In this document: positions 11,257 to 20,268 of the stretch, piece after piece
How positions within the stretch are numbered: the stretch's first letter is position 1
Layout of the letters: every line of letters begins with the position of its first letter
Source: an uncultured virus (IMG/VR IMGVR_UViG_2645727712_000001)
Lineage: Duplodnaviria > Heunggongvirae > Uroviricota > Caudoviricetes
DNA: 64,000 nt
Direction: 5' to 3' (one strand)
IMG/VR virus record: IMGVR_UViG_2645727712_000001
Position numbers and translations under genes: made by a program
Notes under the pieces: model-generated
What the model was told of the DNA's origin: nothing
The model's input: only the letters and a program-made list of their open reading frames with translations
Database searches by the model: none

Positions 11257-11607
11257 CTACAGACAGCCTTGCAATGCTGACAGGCGCTTTTTTGCGATCC
11301 AGTTCCCCAGCACCACGTAGTCCTTTGCTTCAGACTCACTCGGTGCTGGCTGGATGTCTACGAAATACTCTGATGCTTGCGTGAAGACGGTATAGCCGAC
11401 ATCGCGGCCTGCTTGAAGAGTGGCGCCAGGTGTTCCACCAAAGATCGGCTGATTTTGCCATTCGTACTGGACACACTTCGCCAGCGCGGCGTCAGTTTTG
11501 GTCGATCTCAGAACTTTATAGGGACCAGCCTGACGAGCTTCATTCATGGTTGGAGCCATGCATCCCGCTAGCAAAGCCAAACCCATTGCCCCGATCAAGA
11601 TTCGAAT
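11257..11607 (-). CDS. lipoprotein with an ATT start (or lost start codon)
   Basis: AAGGAGG RBS precedes ATT-CGA-ATC-TTG, i.e. (M)RILIGAMGLALLAGC; tandem paralog of 10838..11194. Confidence 0.65.
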   Translation of the reverse strand: MRILIGAMGLALLAGCMAPTMNEARQAGPYKVLRSTKTDAALAKCVQYEWQNQPIFGGTPGATLQAGRDVGYTVFTQASEYFVDIQPAPSESEAKDYVVLGNWIAKKRLSALQGCL

Positions 11608-11713
11608 TTGATCCCTCCTTGATGATGCCGGGAATCTACCACAAGGCGGCGTGGCCCTGCCCAGATGCGAAAAGCCCAGAACAGAGCTGGGCTGATACAA
11701 GGAAATCTGCTTG

Positions 11714-12019
11714 CTACTCGAACACTGGGCGCAAGAAGCTTCGCTCGTAACTCAGAATGAATTTCCTGTCGCTGGCCTCCTTGACCAATTCCATACATGC
11801 CGAATCGCCTGCCGCCTGCTGCCGATACTGCTCATAGGCAGCAAGGCTCTCGAAGCTGAACAGGCAATAGGCGACATTGCTCGCCCCCTCAGAAGGCAGG
11901 AAATAGCCATGGTGCTGGCCTCCCATGCGCTCGACCAGAGCGATCCAGTGACGGGAATACGCCTCAAAAGCGGGAAGCTGGTAGGGATCAATCACATAAC
12001 GAACATGGCAGGTGACCAT
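11714..12019 (-). CDS. NIPSNAP family protein
   Basis: YVIDP...FEAY...HHGYFLPSEG...FESLAAYEQYR. Confidence 0.85.
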   Translation of the reverse strand: MVTCHVRYVIDPYQLPAFEAYSRHWIALVERMGGQHHGYFLPSEGASNVAYCLFSFESLAAYEQYRQQAAGDSACMELVKEASDRKFILSYERSFLRPVFE

Positions 12020-12489
12020 GGAGTCATTCCTTTGAAGGCTTGAGTAAAGCGCAAACTCTAAGGCAATCCTGCACAGACTTCCAAGGATGACCACCTATCC
12101 CCCTGGACGCATCACCCGTAACCGTACGGCCTCATGCCGTCGTAGCGCTGTGTCTCCCAACGACCCGCCCCGGTCCGTTGCCGGAAAGCCCATGGAGTTG
12201 GGCTTGGATGCTCAAGGAGGATCAACTGGAGCGAGCAACACGCAATGACTTCCCACGAGGTCGGCGTGTGCGCTGCACTTCAGTCAGATGGCGCATTCTT
12301 TGCGACTCTCGCCCTCTCGCAGCGCAGTAAGATTGAAGACGTAGCTAATGTACCGATAGACGTCATGCCAGCCGATGGGATGTGATCAATCTGCAGAAGA
12401 GGATGCAGCAAGTCATAAGGAGAGTCGCCCTAAGCAAGATAGAGGAAGGAACGAAGACAGAAAGGGACTTGTGTGCTGCTGAACGATCA

Positions 12490-12660
12490 GGCTTTGCGTG
12501 CTATCCAGTTCGCCAGGCCATACGCCGACTGCCTCTGTTCTAAGTCCCGCATTCATAGCCCAGCAGCTGGGTCACAGCGTTTACATGCTGATATCGACCT
12601 ATGCCGTTGGCTCAACCCAAGCTCCGACTGGAGCAAGCTGGAAAAACTCGAAGTATCGGA
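12490..12660 (+). pseudogene. tyrosine integrase C-terminal remnant
   Basis: frameshifted PAFIAQQLGHSVYMLISTYA / WLNPSSDWSKLEKL, matching the remnant at 16550. Confidence 0.75.
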
Positions 12661-12767
12661 CGTATCAAAACCTGGCCGAGTGTTTCAACGACGACGCCAC
12701 TGCCATCCTGAGCTTCGTAGTTCGCGCTGCCGCCTAACCCTGCGGCGCTGCCCGCCAGCACCCAAAC

Positions 12768-12797
12768 GAAAAACGCCGCCTAGAGATAGGCGGCGTT
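12768..12797 (-). terminator. rho-independent terminator
   Basis: AACGCCGCCTA/TAGGCGGCGTT stem with an adjacent A-tract. Confidence 0.7.
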
Positions 12798-12809
12798 AGA
12801 AATTCCCCA

Positions 12810-12977
12810 TCAGGGCTTGAAACCCTTATCTGGTGTCTTCGGAGGTGGGATGTCCCATAGCCTGTCGCTGGATTCCTGCTGCGCCTTTGCTTTTTGCTCT
12901 TCAGTTGAGCCAAAGCAGCCGCTCAGCAACAGCGCAGTAACGGCGACGAGAATTGCGCCAATCATGGTGTGCTTCAT
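12810..12977 (-). CDS. small lipoprotein (55 aa)
   Basis: LLLSGC lipobox, AAGGA RBS, own terminator. Confidence 0.7.
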   Translation of the reverse strand: MKHTMIGAILVAVTALLLSGCFGSTEEQKAKAQQESSDRLWDIPPPKTPDKGFKP

Positions 12978-13454
12978 AAGGTTCCTTCCTGTGAAATGGT
13001 CGGGCATTACATCAAAAATCGCCAATCGCCGCAAAGCATGGCGCTGAGCCAGTAGCCACCACCTGCCGTACTCAAAACATGAACGCTTCCATGCCCAACC
13101 GAATTCTTTGAAGGAGGTGAAAACGCCTCCATGTGGGTTTAATTATAACTAGCCTCCATATCCTCTTTACTTCGCTGCAGGCACATTCCTTTTACGTAAG
13201 CTTCTGCGTACTCAAAAGTGCTTCACCGATCGAAGTCTTCGACCAAATTCGACCCAAGATCTCTGACCTAATTGTAACACCGTAAATATAAACGCAACTG
13301 GGGGAACTATCAGTACCATTTTTCCAGGCAGATCACCGATAGACCTCACCATCACTAAAGATCATCGACTGCAATGGTGGTCTTTTCAGCTCAGCCAAGT
13401 ACGCAACACTTTGTGATCTAGTCATGCTAGGAAACACCATACCTTGAGGTATAG

Positions 13455-13889
13455 GTGACCTTGAGCGAGTTAGGCAGGCTGGGCTGCCGATTGTTGGGCT
13501 GGACCTATGTCGATAGCGCCGACATCAATCAGCTGGTGGAAATCGCAGAGCTGCAGCTGGCATTGACGATCCACGATGACGCTGACATCCAGGATAGATG
13601 TATTCGGGCCGAGAATTTGGAACTGCACACCAAGCTAGCTGACTGGAACACCACAATCATTCCAGCGCTCAGCAGCGACCTTCGCGAAATCCTCGGACGC
13701 CCGAACCTTACTTGCCACCACATCGCCAAGGCTCAACGTATCATGGGGCTCACGATCGCACCCAATGCCGAAGTCAAGCAGGCCGTCGTGATTCACTGGC
13801 CTCTCGGGCACTCCCTTAGGCACGGCGCGGATTGGCGTCAGCGTGTAACAGCCGAGCTGGCGAAGGCAGGTAATACGCTGAAAGTCTAA
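13455..13889 (+). pseudogene. degenerate prophage early-region protein
   Basis: LREILGRPN...QAVVIHW...HGADWR block resembles conserved phage proteins. Confidence 0.45.
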
Positions 13890-14045
13890 TAGGAGTACAA
13901 ATGTACTACGCTCCGCTATAACCCCTTTCTCCCTATTCACTGCTGCGCTATGTCGATAAAGCCTGACCCGCCCCACATGAAACCATACTAGCGGCTCGGT
14001 TCCCCCTCGTGCCCAGCGAACAGCCAGCTTAGAGAAACCTCTGCT

Positions 14046-14546
14046 TCAATTGGTTTGCATGCAAATTTGAGGCTGAGGCACAGGCTCCGGCATCAGGTTG
14101 GCATGTAACAGATCACCGTAACCCCAGACCAGCGTTCCCAAGACTGCCGCGATGGCGCAAACAGCGCGCCACAATGTGTAGTAACTGCCATGCGATCTTC
14201 GCATCTGCCTGTTGAGTCTGCTCACACCCTCGCCCAAAAGCGATTCGCCAAGAAGGGCAAATACAGTTACAACAGATCCCGACCGTGAAAATTGCGCAGC
14301 GTCTCCCTCAAACCACCACGTGATACTCCAAGCGAACGAAATAAACACCGCGACTGCAGCTGCGTATAGGCGTCGCCTAACCTCAAACAATGATGCCGCT
14401 GCCTTGCCAGTTACCTCAGGCACGTACCTTCCATCATCAATTGAATCGCAAGATCCCCCGTAATTTTCCTCTTTTCTCTTTAGGGCGCCGTGAATCAGAA
14501 GTGTGGCAGCAACGCCTACGATCAGGCTTAGGTGTGTTTTGCGCAC
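14046..14546 (-). CDS. hypothetical membrane protein
   Basis: multiple TM segments; FSRSGS and GTLVWGYGD motifs. Confidence 0.6.
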   Translation of the reverse strand: MRKTHLSLIVGVAATLLIHGALKRKEENYGGSCDSIDDGRYVPEVTGKAAASLFEVRRRLYAAAVAVFISFAWSITWWFEGDAAQFSRSGSVVTVFALLGESLLGEGVSRLNRQMRRSHGSYYTLWRAVCAIAAVLGTLVWGYGDLLHANLMPEPVPQPQICMQTN

Positions 14547-14720
14547 GTGGCTATCTCTCTTGAAATTTGAATTATCTTAATTACTTGTCCGGCTAGTATA
14601 TATGCCTGACGCATTTTTAATGGTGTATTTACGCATCAGTGCCGAGATATGGCGGCCAAGAAATCCGTAGGCCCAGCGCACAAACGGCGGCACGGTGGTG
14701 CCCGTTGATGAGGTGAGCGA

Positions 14721-15014
14721 ATGACCCGCCTCGCCTTCTGCCTCCTGCTGTTGGCCACAGGCGCAAGCGCCGGGCAAACCTTTCATGTCGAGGCATTCGG
14801 GAACATCGACAGGGGCGGCAATTGTGTGCACGACGAGGAGCGCGGCATTACCTGCTACGTATTCTACGGCGGACACTTCGGCGGCATCAGCTGCATTTCC
14901 GACAGCCAGCCGCAGGCCAGCAATCAGCGCCAGCTCTCCCAGCACGAAACCCAACCCGAACCTCCACCTGCTCTGGCGCCTGGGCGCTGGATTGATGAGA
15001 GGTATGAGTTGTGA
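14721..15014 (+). CDS. prophage exported protein
   Basis: GAGGTG RBS, signal peptide MTRLAFCLLLLATGASA, HDEERGITCY...GISC. Confidence 0.65.
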   Translation: MTRLAFCLLLLATGASAGQTFHVEAFGNIDRGGNCVHDEERGITCYVFYGGHFGGISCISDSQPQASNQRQLSQHETQPEPPPALAPGRWIDERYEL

Positions 15015-15425
15015 GGAAAATTCGAGATTTCTTGAAGGCTTTCATAGGGAACGTCAAAGCCTACACATACATGCGTAGCCGCCTAGGGTGTGCTAGTTGG
15101 AAGATGGCCGACTCTCTGCATAAGACGTTCGGCGCCTGGCATCCGCATGATGCTATTGACGAAGACCTTGGCTACTGGGGCTAGACATGACCGACCGGAT
15201 CGAAGCAGAAGGCTGGCTGCTGAGGCAGATCGTCAAGGACGTGGGCCAGTGGCAGAACCCCGCCAAATACCACCAGGCAGCGCGTTGGATGGCGTGGCGT
15301 ACGCCTCACTGGAGGCTGAGGCCCTGGCCGCTGGAGTCAAGCCATGAGATCTTTGGGAGAAATCATCGAAGCTTCGAAATCGAGCGACTGCCCCGACGAC
15401 CTGCGCCTATCAAACACCATCAAAA

Positions 15426-15896
15426 TCACCATTCGTCCAAGTCGTGGAGACGTTGTATCTGGTGCTTGTACTCGCACACTATCTGATAGGTAGAACTCGC
15501 GGTCCCAGTGACGAGAGCACCTACCACGTCGCAATCTGCCTCTACGAACTTCTCCCACGCTGCCTGCGCCTGGGGCATCATGGCCGGTACATTTTTCGGG
15601 AGCGAGCCTTCATCGACATACCCCTTTGCGGTGGCCAGGGCCTTCTGGTACTTCTCTTCCACCGCGTCCTTGGCCGCCTCCCGCATTTCATATGCGCAAT
15701 GAGCTGAATCCTGCGTGGTTTTGGTCTCCGGCTTTCTCAAGCACTGCTGCCAATCGGCCTCAAGCTTCGCCGCGTACTGACGCACCGCTGCATCCCGTGC
15801 TGCAATCTCTGCTTCTTCCCCGTGCAGCTCGGCGTGGGCTGCGCCCACTACTGCCAGCACCGCGCCAGCGATACCGGCCTTGATAACGGTCTTCAT
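15426..15896 (-). CDS. LprI/DUF1311-like lysozyme-inhibitor family exported protein
   Basis: signal peptide, C...TTQDSAHC, AQAAWEKFVEADC...C pattern. Confidence 0.7.
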   Translation of the reverse strand: MKTVIKAGIAGAVLAVVGAAHAELHGEEAEIAARDAAVRQYAAKLEADWQQCLRKPETKTTQDSAHCAYEMREAAKDAVEEKYQKALATAKGYVDEGSLPKNVPAMMPQAQAAWEKFVEADCDVVGALVTGTASSTYQIVCEYKHQIQRLHDLDEW

Positions 15897-16169
15897 TGGT
15901 CTCATTTCCCTGAGTCATAGCCCGGCCGGCGTGATGCCGTTCCAGGCGGGTTTGGCTCGGCCAGAAGCCGGGCGAGGTGATCCTGACGCATTATATGCGT
16001 TGCCATTACCCTCGAGTTGGAGCACCGCAACATTTCAACCGCAATCAAGGCCTGATCAAAGCGCGCGATTAGCTTCGACAAGATCGTGACGCCCTGCGGT
16101 ATGCCGGAGGACTCCTTCTATGACCCTAGCCCTGATGTACATGGCCTACCTGATTTGCAGGGGGCCGCG

Positions 16170-16545
16170 ATGAGCGCAGCGGTTGAAGTGCTCGACACAT
16201 GCAGTGCCCGCCGCATGATGTGGTTCGACAAGGAAGACCAGCGCGCCCTGTTCGGCGACATCCGCGACGACGAACACCAGCGATGCGACAGCCGGATACT
16301 GAAGGTTGAGCCAGATGTGCTGATGGACTTTCGGAGTCTGCCCTTGGGGACGCCGCTTTGCGCTTGGTCGTGTTCGATCCGCCGCATCTGACCCGGGCCG
16401 ACGTGGCTCGCTGGATGCGGGCAATGTACAGAGTGCTCACCAGTGAATGGCGGGAGGATGTCCCCAAGGCTTTGCCGAGCGTTTCCGTGTACTGGAACCT
16501 GAGGGAATCCTGATCTTCAAGTGAAACGAAGCCCAAGTGCTGGTC
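16170..16545 (+). pseudogene. phage class I SAM methyltransferase, frameshifted
   Basis: VLDTCSARRMMWFDK...PDVLMDFRSLP, frameshift to VVFDPPHL, then RVLEPEGILIFK with a stop. Confidence 0.75.
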
Positions 16546-16549
16546 AGCA

Positions 16550-16880
16550 CCAACCAGTCCCTTCGTGTTCCAACCTAGCAAAGGTGGGCTGTGGATCAAC
16601 GAGCCAAGTGTTACAATCCGCCACTTCAAATCGGCGCTGAAGGCGCTGAACATCCGTGAACGCCGTCAGTACGACACCCGCCACACCTACGCAACCATGT
16701 GCCTGATGTCTGGGATGAACCCCGCGTTCATCGCGAGCCAGCTCGGCTACAGCGTCGAGATGTAGCTCTCTACCTACGCGAAATGGATCAGCTCCTCCTT
16801 GGACTGGAGGGAGCTGGAGAAGCTGCCGCCCCGAGTCGAAATGGCCCAAAATTGGCCCAGAACTGACGAGAGGGCCTAAA
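16550..16880 (+). pseudogene. tyrosine integrase C-terminal remnant with an internal TAG
   Basis: YDTRHTYATMCLMSGMNPAFIASQLGYSVEM*LSTYAKWI...DWRELEKL. Confidence 0.85.
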
Positions 16881-16911
16881 TACACCTCTGGAACCCCCGC
16901 AGGACAAGCAC

Positions 16912-16941
16912 TTGATCTCCACAGCAAACATCACCATGCAG
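16912..16941 (+). other. putative att core: copy of the 5' end of the ABC-F gene ybiT
   Basis: TTGATCTCCACAGCAAACATCACCATGCAG = (M)ISTANITMQ, the YbiT N-terminus as I recall it, directly after an integrase end. Confidence 0.65.
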
Positions 16942-17107
16942 TATTTCTGGGGTGTTGTGCGGTAGCAGAGGGCTGTGTTTGCTGGGTAAAACACCCCTCC
17001 ACTTCCCCTCTTCACCCTACCAGTGGTATCAAAATTGGTATCAGATTGGTTTTCCTACGCGCTCGCATTCTGAGACTTGAGCTCCGGCGTCCTGCCGAAT
17101 AAAACTC

Positions 17108-17473
17108 CTATCCTGCAATACGATCATGGTCCCGGACGCTGAACCGGACCACACCCCACACCTCGAACGTATCAGCCTCCATGATGTACCGAGACGGGTA
17201 TTTTGGGTTCTCCGACCGCAGGACCAGCACACCGTGCTCATGGCACATGCGCTTGCAGACCGGTTCGCCGTTCACCGCCGCTATTACGATGTCGCCGTGC
17301 TTGGCTTCGACGCTTCGATCAACGACCAGCAGGTCGCCGGAGTACATGCCGATACCCTGCATGCTCTCGCCCTCGATCTTGACCAGGTAGGTCCAGGGCG
17401 CGCGGATTTGCATCAAGTCGTCCAGGCTGAGCTGGGGCATGTCGTCGATTTCGAAGTCAAGGGCGGTGTTCAT
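17108..17473 (-). CDS. UmuD/RulA-like S24 peptidase lacking the N-terminal cleavage arm
   Basis: GESM catalytic Ser, GDLLVVDRS, CKRM Lys, VWGVV; GGAGG RBS. Confidence 0.8.
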   Translation of the reverse strand: MNTALDFEIDDMPQLSLDDLMQIRAPWTYLVKIEGESMQGIGMYSGDLLVVDRSVEAKHGDIVIAAVNGEPVCKRMCHEHGVLVLRSENPKYPSRYIMEADTFEVWGVVRFSVRDHDRIAG

Positions 17474-17489
17474 TGGCGGGGCCTCCATG

Positions 17490-17505
17490 CTGTATGAATG
17501 AACAG
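17490..17505. promoter_or_regulatory. LexA (SOS) box
   Basis: CTGTATGAATGAACAG upstream of the umuD-like gene. Confidence 0.85.
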
Positions 17506-17555
17506 TATGGTAGTGGCCTGCAATAGGCCCGGCAACTGCCGACAAGCGGGGTGCG

Positions 17556-17780
17556 CTAGTGCAGCGGGGGCAGTTTGTTGCCCATCAGCTTGGAGACGGT
17601 GCGAAGCTGGTAGTCAGAAACCGCCTGGGCCAAGGACTCGGAATGGAGTCGCAGGCGCTCAACCTCCTCGGCCGGCGCGCCGTAGTCCCTGGCCTCCCAA
17701 TACCGCTTGAGAGCTTCCATCGACTGCGCGATCAATGGTTCGCCTGCCTCAACGGCAGCGGCAAATTCATCCTTGTTCAT
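17556..17780 (-). CDS. prophage hypothetical protein
   Basis: 74-aa helical ORF next to the SOS module. Confidence 0.6.
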   Translation of the reverse strand: MNKDEFAAAVEAGEPLIAQSMEALKRYWEARDYGAPAEEVERLRLHSESLAQAVSDYQLRTVSKLMGNKLPPLH

Positions 17781-17991
17781 CGGGGATACCCTTATTTGAT
17801 CAGGGCATTATAGACAGAGTTGCACGCCAGGCCCGCTACTCGGCTTCGCTCAAGCGCTAGCGCGAGGCTTCCCTCCTCTCGGTCAGCATCTTCGAGCAAT
17901 CCCCCAAGCACCACGACGGTATAGGTTCCTGTCTGGTCTTGAGCGCTAAGCAGGCGATCAGCCGTTCCGCAATACCACATGGCATCCGGCG

Positions 17992-18192
17992 ATGAGAAAG
18001 GCTGGGGTACGGTACGCCTATCAGACTCGGCATGCTTACGCCTCGGTGATGCTGTCAGCGGGTGAGCATCCGATGGAGGTGGCCAAGCAAACGGGACACA
18101 GCGACTGGACGATGCTTGTGCAGGTATATGGGCGGTGGATGCCGCATGCAGATAGCAACGCTGGACGCAAGGCAGAATCTGTCAGACTCTGA
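17992..18192 (+). pseudogene. tyrosine integrase C-terminal remnant (second subfamily)
   Basis: YQTRHAYASVMLSAGEHPMEVAKQTGHSDWTMLVQVYGRW. Confidence 0.8.
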
Positions 18193-18279
18193 ACACCCTG
18201 GGACGAATGATAAAGCCATTCTGTTTAACTCGGAGTGAGAGTGATAGCATGACACTTTTAGTCAAATGAGATTAGCAGG

Positions 18280-20046
18280 ATGGAACCTAGCACAGCATCT
18301 GCGGCAGATTTTCTAGCAAAAAACTGGGATAAAATCTCAAAAATATATAAATCCGCAGACGAAGCGCTCAAGCTCAATATAAAAAGTGCTTATTCCACAT
18401 ACTTAACAAGAGCCGCGGAAAAACATTCTAAAAGTAAGTCTTTTTTCATACGCCAACCGACTAACATTTATAGATACTACGTTCCTATAAGCCTGAGATA
18501 CCGAGCAGAAGAGATTGGCGTGCCTGATATCCAGAAGTGTGTATCTTATAGCCGAAAATTAGTCATATCAGGAAGTGGCGGATCCGGCAAAAGCGTACTG
18601 CTTAAACATTTATTCCTGGACTGTATTAATAGCGGACTATACGTCCCAATACTTCTCGAGCTCCGCGATCTAAACCAACAAACCCTTACACTTAAGGACT
18701 TCATAAGCGAAACATTAGAGACCTATGGTTTCCGCATCGATGGAGGCTTGGTGGAGTCTTCAAAAAAAAATGGTTCGTTTTGCTTTTTTTTTGATGGTTA
18801 CGATGAAGTAGTACATAGCAAGCGATTAAAACTATCCAAAGAAATCAAGCAGCTTTCGAACAGATATCCTAGCTGCCCAGTAATAATATCATCAAGACCT
18901 GATGACACCTTATCAGGAATGGATGAATTTATGACTTTGTCAGTTGAGCCTTTGACTCTTAAGCAAGCGCAAGAATTAGTCAAAAAATTAGATTTCGATG
19001 AAGATATAAAAAAGAACTTTTCAAAAGACTTAGAGTCTACGCTTTTTGAAAAGCACGAATCTTTTTTATCAAACCCCCTTCTTCTCTCCATTATGTTACT
19101 GACATATGGCGAATACGCAACAATCCCAAATAAATTGAGTGTATTTTACAACCAAGCATTCGAGGCCCTATTCGTTAAGCACGATTCATATAAAGGCGGG
19201 TATAGTCGGGATTTTCTTACAGAGCTGGACATATTAGATTTTTCAAGAGTTTTCTCAATATTTTGCTTGCAAACATATGATAAACAAATATTCAGCGCTA
19301 GCAAAACTGAATGCTTGAAATACTTTGCGAAAGCACAAGAATCTACGCACCTCCAATTCAGCCCTGAAAACATGTTATCCGATTCACTTAATGCTGTTTG
19401 CATGTTAATCGAAGACGGGCTTGAGGTGGCATTCACCCACAGAAGCTTTCAAGAATACTTTGTAGCACTATATATCTCCAGTGCAGCGCCGGATATCCAA
19501 CAGCGCCTAATAGATAGATATTGGCCAAGAATGCGCTCTGATGTGGTCATCCAATTGCTACACGAAATCAACCCAGAGTTGGTGGAGAGGACCTTGATAA
19601 TTCCTGCTTTGGAGAGAGTGGCCAAACAAGCAGGAATAAAAAACAAAGTTGGAATAACACACGCAGTCAAAATTTTCAAAACTTTCTATCGATCACTAAC
19701 GATAAATAGCGATCGAATTGCCGCGACTTGCAACTCAATGAATGCCGATGATATGGACGTAGTGCATTTTGCAGTTCAAAACTATGGCAAAATTGACTTG
19801 GCGACACCAGACGAGTATCTGAGCCAGACTGAAAATCTGATTGAAAAATATTGCCCTATTACGAAAAACATCCGATATGAACGCAGCGAGCTAAACCTAC
19901 GAAACAAATGCCTGAAGGAGTTATTGTCAGGGAAAGGGGGGTTCTCCGTGCACTATTACAACTCAGCCATTACGGTTTTGCATGCACTGAAAAAGAAGCA
20001 TGATCGTCGCTTGGATCGTCTAGATGATCTACTGGCTTTGAAATGA
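18280..20046 (+). CDS. NACHT (STAND) NTPase, probable anti-phage protein
   Basis: Walker A GSGGSGKS, Walker B FFFDGYDE, ISSRP, NPLLL, FTHRSFQEYF; AT-rich. Confidence 0.88.
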   Translation: MEPSTASAADFLAKNWDKISKIYKSADEALKLNIKSAYSTYLTRAAEKHSKSKSFFIRQPTNIYRYYVPISLRYRAEEIGVPDIQKCVSYSRKLVISGSGGSGKSVLLKHLFLDCINSGLYVPILLELRDLNQQTLTLKDFISETLETYGFRIDGGLVESSKKNGSFCFFFDGYDEVVHSKRLKLSKEIKQLSNRYPSCPVIISSRPDDTLSGMDEFMTLSVEPLTLKQAQELVKKLDFDEDIKKNFSKDLESTLFEKHESFLSNPLLLSIMLLTYGEYATIPNKLSVFYNQAFEALFVKHDSYKGGYSRDFLTELDILDFSRVFSIFCLQTYDKQIFSASKTECLKYFAKAQESTHLQFSPENMLSDSLNAVCMLIEDGLEVAFTHRSFQEYFVALYISSAAPDIQQRLIDRYWPRMRSDVVIQLLHEINPELVERTLIIPALERVAKQAGIKNKVGITHAVKIFKTFYRSLTINSDRIAATCNSMNADDMDVVHFAVQNYGKIDLATPDEYLSQTENLIEKYCPITKNIRYERSELNLRNKCLKELLSGKGGFSVHYYNSAITVLHALKKKHDRRLDRLDDLLALK

Positions 20047-20094
20047 CAGATTTTTGACAAAATTTACTCTGCTACCCCCTGAACAAAGGAGACT

Positions 20095-20125
20095 GACGGG
20101 AGTTCAAGCCCATCCAACTCCACCA
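20095..20125 (+). other. degenerate tmRNA/tRNA 3'-end copy (att relic)
   Basis: GACGGGAGTTCAAGCCCATCCAACTCCACCA: T-loop GTTCAA plus CTCCACCA, with the T-stem broken. Confidence 0.55.
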
Positions 20126-20142
20126 ATAATTCTCTAAAAATC

Positions 20143-20175
20143 TGGCACTTAGTGATTACCGCTGGTGCCTTTTTT
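20143..20175 (+). terminator. rho-independent terminator after the NACHT gene
   Basis: GGCAC...GTGCC stem followed by a T run. Confidence 0.65.
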
Positions 20176-20268
20176 GTGTCTTTTTGGGCTGCTTTGGCTC
20201 GAGAATCCCAGCTTTATGATAGCCTAAGCGCGCGCTAAATTGTTGACATGAGGCAGGAAGGATCCCAT

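Noticed and set aside
12810..12977. TrbK-like entry-exclusion lipoprotein
   Set aside because: Only size and a terminal GFKP are suggestive; it lacks additional Cys and there are no conjugation genes
20095..20125. Functional tRNA or tmRNA gene
   Set aside because: Only a degenerate 3' fragment with a broken T-stem
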